From assembly GCA_951406725.2 (NCBI GenBank), contig OX597836.1, positions 30,070,001-30,134,000 on the forward strand: 64,000 bases of DNA, given 5' to 3'. The notes beneath the pieces were generated by a model. That model saw only the letters and a program-made list of their open reading frames with translations. It was not told the origin of the DNA and made no database searches. Origin of the DNA: Octopus vulgaris. Its lineage: Eukaryota. Position numbers and translations under genes: made by a program. Positions 12,018 to 24,602 of this stretch are shown piece by piece; the stretch's first letter is position 1; each line of letters begins with the position of its first letter.

Positions 12018-13934
12018 ACAGCTATGATACCATAGCACATCTCCAGAGTTGAAGTTTTTCTCTTCTAAATTTGATCCCTGACTAATGTATTGCTGGAATT
12101 TAGTAAACTTTGTATTAATAACGTGTTATACATCTATGAAAAATAGACAAAGACAAGAGCAAATGAAAGAGCCACTACAAGGTCAGCTGAATTGCAAGAA
12201 ACAGCAGCAAAATCTCCAGGTAGCATGGCCATGGATGGAGTGCTTTTGGTTATAGGTCTGCTTGATCACAGCCCATCTAGGTGCTAAACAATGACAACAA
12301 GGAGGCAATGAGAAAATTTCTATATGGCTCACTGTACTCAAAAGTGCAACCAATTTCTTCTCAAATCACACCTTCTCTCTCTCTCACACACACACACACA
12401 CAGGTATATCCATCTATGTATCATACTTAATGCATATACAGTACTGAAAGACATGATGTTGTGGTTTTAGTTTGAGAGAAAAATTTCTTCATAAACATAG
12501 TTTTTAAAAAAATTGTAAATTAAGTAGTGTAGTCTAAAAACAAAACAGAAAAACAAACAAACAAAAACAAAAAAAGATAATGCTTTTCCCCAGTTTCTGA
12601 GGTGTACATATATTTTCTGCTGGATGAGAGTGTTGGTCTGTCACAGAATTATTAATCTTTGCTAGCTGAGTGGACTGGAGTAATGTGAAATGAAGTGTTT
12701 TGCTCAAGAATGCAACACATCACCTGGTCCGGGAATCGAAACCACAATCCTACGATGATGATTCCAACCCCCTAACCACCGAGCTACATGACTCCACTAC
12801 TAGTGTAGTCTAGACCAGTGTAAATTAGGCTGTAACAAAACAGCGTAGTCTGTGTAGCATCTAAATGTTTGAATAATAATACAAAACATGAAATTTCTTT
12901 CTTTTCCAATTTCCTTGCAAGAGAATTATAAGGATAAGTGAAGGAGACACTATTCAATAACCTCAGGAATAATGCAAACACACACACACACAGATACACA
13001 TATACAAATACACATGCACACACAGATACACACACTCAAATACACATGTACATACGTACACATAAAAGAATGATAAACAACTTTAAAAAAAAAAATTGTC
13101 TTTCTTTCTTTCTTATTTGTTGCCATGTTTGATACTAATTCTTTTGAGCTGTACTGTCATCCTGATATTTCACTGTCAACAACATCTTTCTTTAAATTTG
13201 CAGGTCCATGAGAATTAGTTTCATTTACCAAACAGCACAATACTTAATTCTCAAAACACTGACACATGCCAGGCGAAGATCAAGGTTGTGAAAACTCCTG
13301 CCGGCACTGCTGCTGCCACCACAACTGCTATCACCACTACCACCACCATCACCATACCACCACTACCACCACCATCACCATCGCCACCACCAAGCCAACA
13401 AACCACCTTGTAATTTGAGAGGAACTTCTTCACTGAGAAGACAGATCTGTCAGAGCAAATTTTGAAAACTCACAAAATCCAGCAGGTTAATGTGTGTGGA
13501 GGATGGGGGGAGGGAGAGGTTCGAGGTGGAGGAGTGTCCCATGATAAAAGAAGACAACAACAACAACAACAACAACAACGTAATGATGAAAAATTTCAAC
13601 TTGAAGAAACAGCAGAGAAATACACATGGAAAAAGAAATATTCAGTAACAGTTACTTGATTTTGGTTTTAGATTCATTTATTTTCAATTGTGGTGGGCAT
13701 GCTAGGATTTCGTCGTCAAGAGTATTTTGTTTTCTAAGTCAATTAGAAATTCTGGTGGTATTTCGTTCATCTTCATGTTTTGAGATAACTTTGCCTTTCA
13801 TCCTTTTGGGGGCTGATAAATTAGGTACCAGTGAAATTCTGGGGGTTGATGTAATCGACTAGTCCCCCCCCCACCAAATTTCAGGCCTTGTATCTTTAGT
13901 AAAAGAGGATGATTATTATTATCATCATCATCAA

Positions 13935-14155
13935 AGTGGTGAGCTGGCAGAATCGTTAGGTGCCAGGCAAAATGCTTAACGGCATTTTGTCCATCTTCAT
14001 GTTCTGAGTTCAAATTCTGCCGAAGTTGACTTTGTCTTTTATCCTATTGGGGGTTATTATTGATAAAATAAGTACCAGCAGAGCACTTGGGTCGATGTAA
14101 TTGACTTAGTCCCTCCCCCAAAATGGCTGGCCTTGTGCCGCAATTTGAAGCCATC
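13935..14155 (+). mobile_element. SINE family M
   Basis: ggtgagctggcagaatcgttag..gagttcaaattc..gataaaataagtaccag. A second 3' fragment lies at about 13790-13910. Confidence 0.85.
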
Positions 14156-14167
14156 ATTATTATTATT

Positions 14168-14255
<88 letters not shown>

Positions 14256-14257
14256 TT

Positions 14258-14560
14258 GTGGAGGCGCAATGGCCTAGTGGTTAGGGCAGCGGACTCGCGG
14301 TTGTAGGATCGCGGTTTCGATTCCCAGACCAGGCGTTGTGAGTGTTTCTTGAGCGAAATCACCTAAAGCTCGACGCGGCCCGGCAGAGAGTGGTGGCGAT
14401 CCCTGCTGTACTCTTTCGCCACAACTTTCTCTCACTCTTTCTTCTGTTGGCCTGCTCACTTAACCAGCAGGGTGGCGTCATTTGAAGGCTAAAACAATGC
14501 AAAGCGCATTGTGACCAGCGATGTGTAGCAACATCTGATAGCCTGGTTGGTCATGGTGAT
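14258..14560 (+). mobile_element. Young CpG-rich tRNA-derived SINE (family B-related) inserted in (TTA)n
   Basis: Head ggaggcgcaatggcctagtggttagggcagcggactcgcgg..ggtttcgattccc. Related copies at 61910-62210 and 59030-59140 (minus). Confidence 0.9.
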
Positions 14561-14754
14561 TATTATTATTATTATTATTATTATTATCCTGTCTACATTT
14601 CTATATGTTGCATGGTAAGACAGAATTTGTTGTGGTAGTTCTTTTTATACAGCTGAACATATTTACATAGAAGACTAGAAAGGAAGGACACAGCTTGTAT
14701 GACAACTATTGTATGATATCATCAAGACAAATAAACACATACACACACATATAG

Positions 14755-15090
14755 TTGTAGCTGCATGGTTAAGAAGTTTGCTTCCCAACTTACATAGTTT
14801 CAAGTTCAGTTCCACTGCTTGGTGTCTTAGGTAAGAGTCTTATACCATAACCAAGGTTGACCAAAGCCTTAGTGAGTGGATGTTGTTGATGATAACTGAA
14901 ATGAATGTCGTTTATTTCCAATATTTTAGAAGAACATGTCTGGCCATGTGGAAATATTACCTCCTTGCTTAGAAACAGGTGACAGTTGGCAACAGGAAGG
15001 GCATCCAGCTACAGAAAATCTGCCTCAATAAACTTTGTTTGACTCATGAGCACACAGAAAAGTGAATGTTAAAATGATAATGATAACGAT
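14755..15090 (+). mobile_element. Chimeric SINE: family A head with (GAT)n RTE-type tail
   Basis: Family A head followed by ggaagggcatccagct..gttaaaatgataatgat. The same layout occurs at 16557-16962 and 49567-50110. Confidence 0.7.
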
Positions 15091-16224
15091 GGTAGTCATT
15101 TATCTAAGAATTCTTAAGTCAGGAAAATCATGCGTTCATATACTTGTCAATAGTAGGTATAAGGGAGCTTGCTTCCTAACTACGTGGTTTCGGGTTCAGT
15201 CCCACTGCGTGGCACTTTGGGCAGGTGTCTTCTACTATAGCCCCGAGCCGACCGAAGCTTTGTGATTGAATTCGGTAGGCGGAAGTTACTGCCATGCGTG
15301 TAGGTGCTCAGTGCCTCTCCGAAAGAATATAGCAGTATAGATACAGTTGCTATTTCTAGCAAATCAAGGGGTCATGTAGAGGTTGCCCTGTTGACTTCAT
15401 TTTGTGGAGTGCCATTATTATTCTCATAAGAGATAAACGATATAACACTGTAATGAGACATTTTGTAGGACAGCCATATAGGTATGTCTGCTATTATTAT
15501 TATTATTATTATTATTATTATGCAGTCTGATTTTTATTGCATGCCTCCATTGCACTACTGAGGACACCTCTATGCACCTTGGGTATGTACACACACACAT
15601 ACACACAGAGAAAGAGTGAGAAAGAACAAATTCTAGTTGTTGTTGTTGTTATTATTATTATTAATACACACATCTAAGAATAGTGGAACAATAGGCATGG
15701 TAAACTGCCAGATTAAATGCCTTACAGAATTTTGGTCTTATCCCTTTACATTGCCTCCTCAACAACTCTGTGGCCAAATGCCAATGTTAGATATCGGTAT
15801 TATACACATGTATTATATTCTGATTATATGTAGAGTATTAATTTCTAACGCTGGCACCAAATGACAAATTTGTACGGAAATAGTGGGAGGAAGAGGTGGG
15901 GAGGGTGAGAGAAGAGTGATTTGACCTCAGTTTTCTCTTGTGCTAACTGATTTGACTTTCATACATGTCTGCTTTTGATTTTTCATCAATGTGGAAGAGA
16001 TGAATGATAAAGATGGCTCTTATGAGGTGCAGAGAGATGGAGAAGTGGGGGGGGGGAGAAAGATGGAGAGAGGGGGAGTGAGAGATAAAGACAAAGAATG
16101 GGAAACAGAGACAGAGAGATAATACATGCAGTTTTGTTTCACTGACAATTTTTTCTTCTTCTCTCCTTATCTATCTTGACAAAGGACAAATTGCCCAAAA
16201 GATCAATATTTTCCCTTCACAACA

Positions 16225-16427
16225 TACCGTACTTTTCAGCATACAAGTCAAATTTTTCTGACCAAAAATTTACAGCCAAAAAAAAGGCAGGTCAACTTAT
16301 ACGTCAAGACAACTCTAGAGAGCCAAAAATTAAACGTGAAATGCAGCAGGAATTGCAAAGATAGTGAAGATGTTTGAATGTTTACACTATATATCCTACG
16401 TCAACTTATATGCCAGAAAATACTGTA
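16225..16427 (+). mobile_element. pogo/Tigger-like MITE
   Basis: TA-flanked TIRs ccgtacttttcagcatacaagt / acttatatgccagaaaatactg. An inverted copy lies at 51153-51353. Confidence 0.75.
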
Positions 16428-16556
16428 ATAGATTGATTTTGTTACTTTTGTTCTTTTCTCCTTGTCTTGTCTTTGCTCCTAATTCATCCTCCTGATTGAC
16501 ATATTAACAAAGACCTAATTTTGGATTCTTCAGAGACTGGATGTTTTATGAATACT

Positions 16557-16962
16557 AGGTGCAGGCATGGCTGTGTGATTATCAAGTTTGCTTCCCAACC
16601 ACATAGTGCCAGGCTCAGTCCCACTGCATGGCACCTTGGGCGAGTGTCTCCTACCATAGCTCTGAGCTGGCCAAAGATGAATTAATTTGGTAGATGGAAA
16701 CAAAAAGAACCATGCATGCATTCATTTATAACAACACAAGGAAACTCACACATACACACACTTACATGCATGCATGTGCTAATGAATGTCAGTCATTTCC
16801 AATATTCTGCGCATATTCTGGCCATGGGGAAATATTGCTTTGTTCGGAAACAGGTGAAGGTTGGTGACAGGTAAGGCACCAAGCTGTAGAATATCTACCT
16901 CAATAAACTCCATCCAACCCATGAAGGCATAGAAAAGTACACATTAAGTGATGACGATGATG
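16557..16962 (+). mobile_element. Chimeric SINE: family A head with (GAT)n tail
   Basis: Same architecture as 14755-15090. Confidence 0.75.
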
Positions 16963-17515
16963 GCTGTAAAGTACTGTCATACACAACTGGTTTTGCTATT
17001 TCACCAACCATTTTGGAATATAAACATTCAGCTAGAAATAGCAGTGGAGTCTACCTCAAAACCATATGCATGCTATATTAAAAATTTGAAGAAGTGTATA
17101 TCTGAGATAATATAGTCATAGATACCATTATGTTTTTAAAACTGGTTGATTAAAACTTGAACACTTTATTCATAAGTCTAGTCAGACAAGAATGACTGAG
17201 GACTAAACAAAAACATCAATCATAGAAATATCAAGAGATGGCTGTGTTGTTATCATAATTAATAAAAGAAATCATCACTATCATCATCATCATCATCATC
17301 ATTATTATTGTTGTTATTGGTAAGTAAAATTTCTTGTTCTTTGTTAATTAATATTGGGCAAAATTAACTCCAATTTTTGAAAATCAAATGAAAGTAAAAA
17401 TGTAATTCTTTGAAATTTTATGAAACAAATTAAGTAATTCAGGCTTCAGTATTGACTACACAAAAAGCAACAGACATAATGGTTTTAAATCTACAACAAT
17501 GGTATCACTTTCTCA

Positions 17516-17589
<74 letters not shown>

Positions 17590-17955
17590 CTTGAGGAGAC
17601 CTATTGAGTCAAGTACATCAACATCAAAATAAAAATTCAAATGGAAATTGTAGTTAAGCACCGTCCAAACATGGCAGATGCTAGCGCCGCCTGACTGGTG
17701 TCTATGCTGGTGACACGTAAAAGCACCAACCAATCATGGCTGTTTGCCAGCCTGCTCTGGCCCCTGTGCCGGTGGCACGTAAAAAACACCCACTACACTC
17801 ACGGAGTGGTTGGCGTTAGGAAGGGCATCCAGGTGTAGAAACACTGCCAAATCAGACTAGAGCCTTGTGCAGCCTCCTGGCTTCCAAACCCTGGTCGAAC
17901 CGTCCAACCCATGCTAGCATGGAAAACGGACGTTAAATGATGATGATGATGATGA
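17590..17955 (+). mobile_element. SINE family C with internal repeats of about 60 bp
   Basis: Repeated cacgtaaaa..cacc units, then ggaagggcatccag and catgctagcatggaaaacggacgttaaatgatgat. A minus copy lies at 22976-23275. Confidence 0.8.
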
Positions 17956-18093
17956 CCATCATCATCATCATTTAATATCCATTTTCCATGGTAGCATGGG
18001 TTGGACGGTTTGACTGAAAACTGGTAAACTGGGGAGCTGCACCAGGTTCCTATATGCACATGCACGCACACAAACACACACACTATATGTGTG

Positions 18094-18129
<36 letters not shown>

Positions 18130-18734
18130 GATGGGCTTCTTTCAGTTTCCATCTACCAAATCCACTCACAAGACACTTGCCCAAGGTGCCATGCAGTGGA
18201 ACTGAACCCTAGGCCATGTGGTTGAGAAGCAAAACTTCCTACCACACAACCATTGTTGTACAGTGTATGTGTGTGCATGTGTGTTGCTTTTGTTTCACCC
18301 CGGGTGAGACCAGAATGGGCAGGCATATGATCAAAGACATTCTAGCCATGACCCGACTTTGCCTTTCATCCTTTCGGGGTTGATAAATTAAGTACCAGTT
18401 ACGCACTGGGGTCGATGTAATCGATTTAAATCCCTTTGTCTGTCCTTCTTTGTCCCCTCTATGTTTACCCCCATGTGGGCAATAAAGAAATATATCTATA
18501 TTTCAGGCAATGTGACTAGTGTAGTGATAGTGAGCCTTTTGGGCCCGGTGTAGTAAAATTTTAATTTCTCTAATAATCTTATGACTTGAAGTGTCACTTC
18601 CATGTGAGCAAACAGAGTAACAATGGCAGAGTTGTTAAGGTATCAGGTAGCCTTACCTACTCTCAGTGTTCTGAGCTCAAATCTTTCTGAGGATCCCTCA
18701 GAAAAGGCTCAAAACTTCACATTTATAATAGTGA

Positions 18735-18988
18735 ACTACTTCGTGTTTGGTCATATTTCTCGCAAAATACAAAATTTTAAAGTTTTAATTAATCTAAAAT
18801 ATAACGAAGAATTAAGAGGAATTTAGGAAGATAATTAACTTTTTCATTTCCCAATGTTTCGAAGATAACATTAAGGTTCTTACATAAAATTATAATGGAA
18901 ATGTTTAATTTAAATAAAAGGGATGGGTTCTTTATCATAAAACCAGAAGAAGGAAGTCTCAAGTGGGTTGGGGTCAAAAGGGGTTAAT
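18735..18988 (-). mobile_element. piggyBac-like MITE family 2 (diverged)
   Basis: Ends in gggttggggtcaaaaggggttaa, matching the reverse of the start of 52633-52861. Confidence 0.6.
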
Positions 18989-20299
18989 AGAAATGCTTCT
19001 TTCATTGACACATTAACAGTTTGATTCTACTCAACAGTGAAAGCATTAAATTACGTTCATACATACATTCTAACCTTGCACTCATTCATACTCACACAAT
19101 CTTGTAACTTACATTCTGACTTTTTTTTTTTTTTTCTGCTTTTTGTTTCTCTTTTGTCTTGTCTGAAATCTGAAGATTATAAGATTTGCAGGAATAAATT
19201 ATCTGCATATATATCTATCATTCGAAAAGCTTTCTGAAGACTTAGGTAATGTGAAACCAAAATGGTTATAAGGTTAAATCTTCATTTTAGAAATTGAAAT
19301 CAGACATGTATAAAGTAAAAGTGTTTGAGTTAAGCTGAGATGTCATCCTCAATGCATACATAAATAGCTGCAGGGAAGTAATCACAAAATGCATTGCTAG
19401 CAAACGCTGCACTATTGAATGCACAGTAACACCGCTGCCAGATAGTCTACAGAACTGTCTTTTAAATTGTGACTTAATTGAAGACATATAGGTTTTTACC
19501 AGAAGAATTTTAATCCAATTCATTCATTCTTCTCTCCATCCCAGCCTCGCATACATTTTTCCCTGCATTATAATTAAATTACAGTTATAATCCTTGCAAA
19601 ATTACATGATTTATTAAAAGATAGTTTTAATGCTTCAGAAATTTATATTACACAAAGTGATGAAAGCAAATGAAAGCAAATAGTAACATTTCTATACTTG
19701 AGAAATTGTCATACAAATTGAAACACAAAGTTTAGAATGAATGATAAATAGCAGATGTGAATATAAGGTTTAATTGATTTCTATTCAAGAAAATATATTT
19801 TAGAAGAGGTAAAAAAAAAAAAACAAAAACAGAAATGAAGTATTCTTAATCAATCAAATAAGTTCTTTGTACAGAAAGAACCATAATTGAATCTTTTTTT
19901 GAAGACAGAACTTTTTTTGTTTTTTATTATCACCAAAATCCACTGAGTTGATATCACTGAGCTAAGGAGAGAGAATACTCAGTCCACATGAGTAGTCACT
20001 ACATTTTCCACATATTGCACCCTGTCATCGTAATGCCTTTGATGCTAACTCACATGAGACAGCTTCTGGTTCTATGATACAAAACTGTTCAGTTTAAAAT
20101 GCTTGTAATTAAATTTAAAAGACTACCACATGATTTTGTATAAGAACTGTTTCTTGAATTATATTCCAAACATCAGCATTTAGAACAGAGAAGGCAACAA
20201 ACTGGTAATGGGTAGTTAATAGTCAGAGCACTAGTAAAATGACTTCTTTTCAATGCTTGGATAGTTCCATAGAAGTTTTTGGTAGTTCCTTTTACTATG

Positions 20300-20826
20300 G
20301 GAACCTTTTAATTTGTAGAAGTGTGTGCTAATCATGGAAGAGGGTGCTTTGAAAGCATAGTAGCCAGAACAGCGAGGAATAAAACTTCAGAGAGCTAATG
20401 CTTCTGTCGGCAACAAGGGAATTCTGTCATTAAGTGAAGAGCAAGTTGTACATAGCTTGTGGATGAAGTGCATTGCTGCATCATGCCGAGATGCAGTGTG
20501 GTAGAAATGAACTGAGAGAAAAACCGAGTTTAAGGGGAATTAAATGTTGTGTGTAAGAGAAATGGCTGTATTGGTAGGAGCATATAATGCATACAGATGA
20601 TAAAAGATGCGTAAAAAATGGTGCAAGGAGATCCAAGAGGAAGGAAACCATTGAAAAGGAAGAACAAGGAAAATATAGGTAGAAATGGTGAAAATTAATT
20701 TCACAATGTTGAACCTTGCAAAGGAGACGACAAAGAAACACAACATACTGTGTTAGAAAGGCTGTGTCCGACTCATGCAAGCATAGGAAGGACATAAAAA
20801 TTATGACGATGATGATGATATGATGA
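20300..20826 (+). mobile_element. Decayed RTE-clade LINE 3' fragment ending in (GAT)n
   Basis: Broken reading GCFESIVAR..FRELM..VKSKLYIAC..SALLHHAE, resembling the RTE post-RT motif KFREL..KGRLY.ACVRSAMLHGSE. The 3' end is catgcaagcatagga..atgacgatgatgat. Confidence 0.7.
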
Positions 20827-21002
20827 AGGCATCAAAATGTTAAACGTTTCTTATTCCTCATAGTAAACTAACTTATTCTACTTTTGAACTGTTAATAAAT
20901 GTTGTAAAGAATTTTATTCCAAACTCTCATGCCTAATTTAATATCTTGGATATGTGAATTATCTTGACAAGATACAATATCTTCACTCTAGTACTAATTT
21001 CT

Positions 21003-21345
21003 GTGAAGGCGCATGGCTCAGTGGTTAGAGCGTCGAGCTTACGATCGTGAGGTTGTGAGCTCGAATCCCGGTCCGGGCTGCGTGTTGTGTTCTTGAGCGA
21101 GACACTTTATTTCATGTTGCTCCAGTTCACTCAGCTGTAGAAATGAGTTGCGACATCACAGGTGCTAAGCTGTATCGACCTTTGTTTTTCCCTTGGATAA
21201 CACTGGTGGCGTGGAGAGAGGAGGCTGGTATGCATGGGCGACTGCTGGTCTTCCATAAACAACCTTGCCCGGACTTGTGTCTAGGAGGGTAACTTTCTAG
21301 GTGCAATCCCATGGTCATTCATGACCGAAGGGGGTCTTTACCCTT
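21003..21345 (+). mobile_element. SINE family B variant with 14-bp TSD
   Basis: tRNA-like head ggcgcatggctcagtggttagagcg..gagctcgaatccc. TSD tagtactaatttct at 20989-21002 and 21346-21359. Confidence 0.9.
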
Positions 21346-22975
21346 TAGTACTAATTTCTATCTTATGGATACTGAATGGAGAACATATCCACCTTCCATG
21401 CTAGCATGGACTGTTAAGTCAGACTCAGTTCTTATTTGGAGTTACTCTTTTCCTAGATATGATGGAAGGCCATGTCTTGTTCATTTGGTGTGGTTTCTAG
21501 AGCAAGATATCATTCCTAACACCAATCAGTTACAGAGTGTACTGGGTGCATTTTATTAAGGCACAAACACTAGAGAAGCTGTCCTGTCCTCACCCAGAAA
21601 AAGAGGTTCTCTCAACCCTGTATGATCTCTGCTCATTTAGCAATCCATTCATAAATAACCTTTCCTCATTTCTAATATAAACAAAAGGCCTGAAATTTTG
21701 AGGGAAGGGGCAGTCGATTACATTGACCTAAATATTTGACTGGTACTTGTTTTATTGGTCCCAAAAGGATGAAAGCAAAGCAGAATCTGAACTCAGGATA
21801 TAAAGTTGGAAGAGGTAGCTCTTAGCATTTTGTTCCATGCACCAATGATTCAGCATGTTCACTGCCTTAAACCAATTTATAAATAATAAAACAAAACTAG
21901 TATCAGTGTGATTTGATCTCACAATCAAGAAGGGTAAAAATAAAATAATAGAAAGTATTTAGTCCCAAACTCTACAGCTTAACTTAATGTCGTCTCACAG
22001 ATTAATTACAAATCACTAATTCTAAAACTGATACTTTTTTAATGACACAAGATGCACAACGCAGAGTGGGTGTGTGGACAAGAGGGAAGAACAAGCAAGT
22101 GAAGTTTGAACTCTGAATATAGATAAAACTACATGTTGTAATTATAAATCATTTAATCACAAACCTAGCTGCCTAAATCCAAACTGTGAATCCCAGTTAT
22201 TAGAGATAGATAGATAGATAAATAGATAGAGAGAGAGAGACAGACAGACAGACAGAGAATGTATTGCAGCCATTGATTTTCTTCTTGTTGGAGAAGAATT
22301 TAATGTTGCAACTATGAAAGATAGAATTACATTACAAAATCTGAAATAATATATTATCAAGTTACCAAAACAATTCCTCTGTATTTATCATAAATATAAG
22401 TCTGATAAATTCTCTAATATGTATTCTAAACAAATAGTCCTATATGATGAGTTGAGAGAGAGTCACCTAGCTGCAACCAAGATAAGAACGATATCACATT
22501 CAAATATAGTAAATCAAACAAATGAAATAAGATAAACGGTTCCTTGTTACATGGTTTATAAAAAAAGACGAAAATGGTGGGGGTGGGTGCATTCAGGGGA
22601 ATAATAATAATAATAAAAATAACAATAGTTATAAAGATGACTGGTTTTCTGAAATATTACTGGAGTGGAAAGAATTACAAGAGAAACCTGTGATAATCAG
22701 AATTGTGTTCATCTTAACAGATCACAAATAGTTGAATGTATGAAGCTGGAAGGTCGGTAGTTCATCTCTTATGACTGGCACCATGCTTTAATATGGCTAA
22801 GATGCATGTAACACTTAATGTACATGTGTATGCCCTGCTAGCTCTAAACAGGAACCACATGATGGATTTTTTTTTTAATGTTATATAATCCCAGGTCAAT
22901 TCTGCTTCAGCAGACAGACAGCTATGGCCAAAGGCATTCCAGTCATGACCATCTCTTATCTTTTAGAGGGGAGTA

Positions 22976-23275
22976 TCATCATCATCGTTTAACGTCCACT
23001 TTCCATGCTAGCATGGGTTGGACGGTTCAACTGGGGTCTGGGAAGCCCGAAGGCTGCACCAGGCCAGTCAGATCTGGCGGTGTTTCTACAGCTGGATGCC
23101 CTTCCTAACGCCAACCACTCCGTGAGTGTAGTGGGTGCTTTTAATGTGCCACCGACACAGGTGCCAGACGAGGCTGGCGAACGGCCATGCGCAGATGGTG
23201 TCTTTTACGTGCCACTGGCACGGAGGCCAGGCGAGGCTGGCACGGCTACGATCAGATGGTGTTTGTTACATGCCA
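22976..23275 (-). mobile_element. SINE family C
   Basis: Reverse complement of the 17590-17955 tail and internal repeats. Confidence 0.85.
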
Positions 23276-23626
23276 TTCCTTTATTTAAGATAGTATGAGA
23301 TTAAAGAGATATGAGGTCTCTAAGCCAGCTATTTCCTGCAGGCTGAGAGACCACATAGAATCCTTATATCTGCAAGGCAGTATATTAACAAGTGATTAAT
23401 TAGTTATCTTGCACTACTAGGTTCAATTTTTATTTTTATTCTTTTATATTTTAGTCAGTGAGGAAAGGCAGGGCCCGTGACATTTTCCAGGGTCTCTATA
23501 GAAAAAGAAGAAACCACAATTCATTAGACATCCTTAGATCAGAGACCTACTCTATCTGAATGCTTGCAACGGAACAGACTCTGCTGAACACATTTGATGG
23601 GCAGGGGCTTATCCCAGGTTACAGAT

Positions 23627-24086
23627 TAACTCTTTAGCACTCAGATTATCCTATCAAATATAATGTTTATTTATTTACATTATTTTGAATTAATCTAAGG
23701 TGGTGAGCTGGCAGAAACGTTAGCATGCCAGGCAAAATGTTTAGCGGTATTTCGTCTGTCTTTACATTCTGAGTTCAAATTCTACTGAGGTCAACTTTGC
23801 CTTTCATCCTTTCGGGGTCGATAAATTAAGTACCTGTTGCATACTGGGGTTGATCTAATCGACTGGTCCCCTCCCCAAAAATTGCAGGCCTTGTGCCTAG
23901 AGTAGAAAAGATTATTTTGAATTAATCATAAATTATCTTGTAGCTTCAAGATTTCAAAGATGTAATTGTTTATTTTTAGAGTAACATTGTCAGGTAGGTG
24001 TGAAAGATGGGATCAGACCAGTTTGATCCTAAAACAGGTAGAATAAAACAGGTCAGGTATGACTGATTTAAATGCTAATGGGTTAA
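23627..24086 (-). mobile_element. piggyBac-like MITE family 1 containing a family M SINE (23696-23910, +)
   Basis: TTAA at both ends. The nested SINE is flanked by the 17-bp TSD attattttgaattaatc. Confidence 0.85.
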
Positions 24087-24336
24087 GTCTAAACTCCTAT
24101 GGAATAAGTTATCTGGTTCCCTGTTCCGACTGAAATTTGTTTCTCATATGTTCACCACTGGCATAGAACTCTCACAGAAAAGGACTGAGATAGTGAACTG
24201 TAGGGTCAATGAAACAACATTACTCTTAAGGACCATAGGAAAACAAGCAAATTCCTACTATGGCGTCTTATCAATGTATCCTAGTGACAGGATATTCAAA
24301 AAGATTTTTTGTTCTTTGGAAACTACACCTTAGTAT

Positions 24337-24602
24337 TAACCCATCTTGTGACCAAATTTCCAATGAGCTACTCTAGCAATATATGTTGCAATTAATTTTC
24401 AAAATTATCAAGAATTTGCAAAGATTTAATAAAATAACCAACTTTTCCTTTATGAAGAGGATGTTTGGAACGTAACTTAACAAAAAGATCTTACAAAATT
24501 ATTATGGAATGCTTTAATTCAGATATGAACACTTTAGAAACAGATGGTTTTATATCACAGAATTAAAGATGCTCTCAAGTGGGTTGGTATCAAAAGGGTT
24601 TA
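24337..24602 (-). mobile_element. piggyBac-like MITE family 2
   Basis: ttaaccc ... gggttggtatcaaaagggtt termini. Confidence 0.65.

Noticed and set aside
14258-14335. tRNA-like sequences with A and B boxes (also at 21003, 29596, 33074 and others)
   Set aside because: They are SINE heads continuing into repeat bodies, several with TSDs; no complete cloverleaf was seen.
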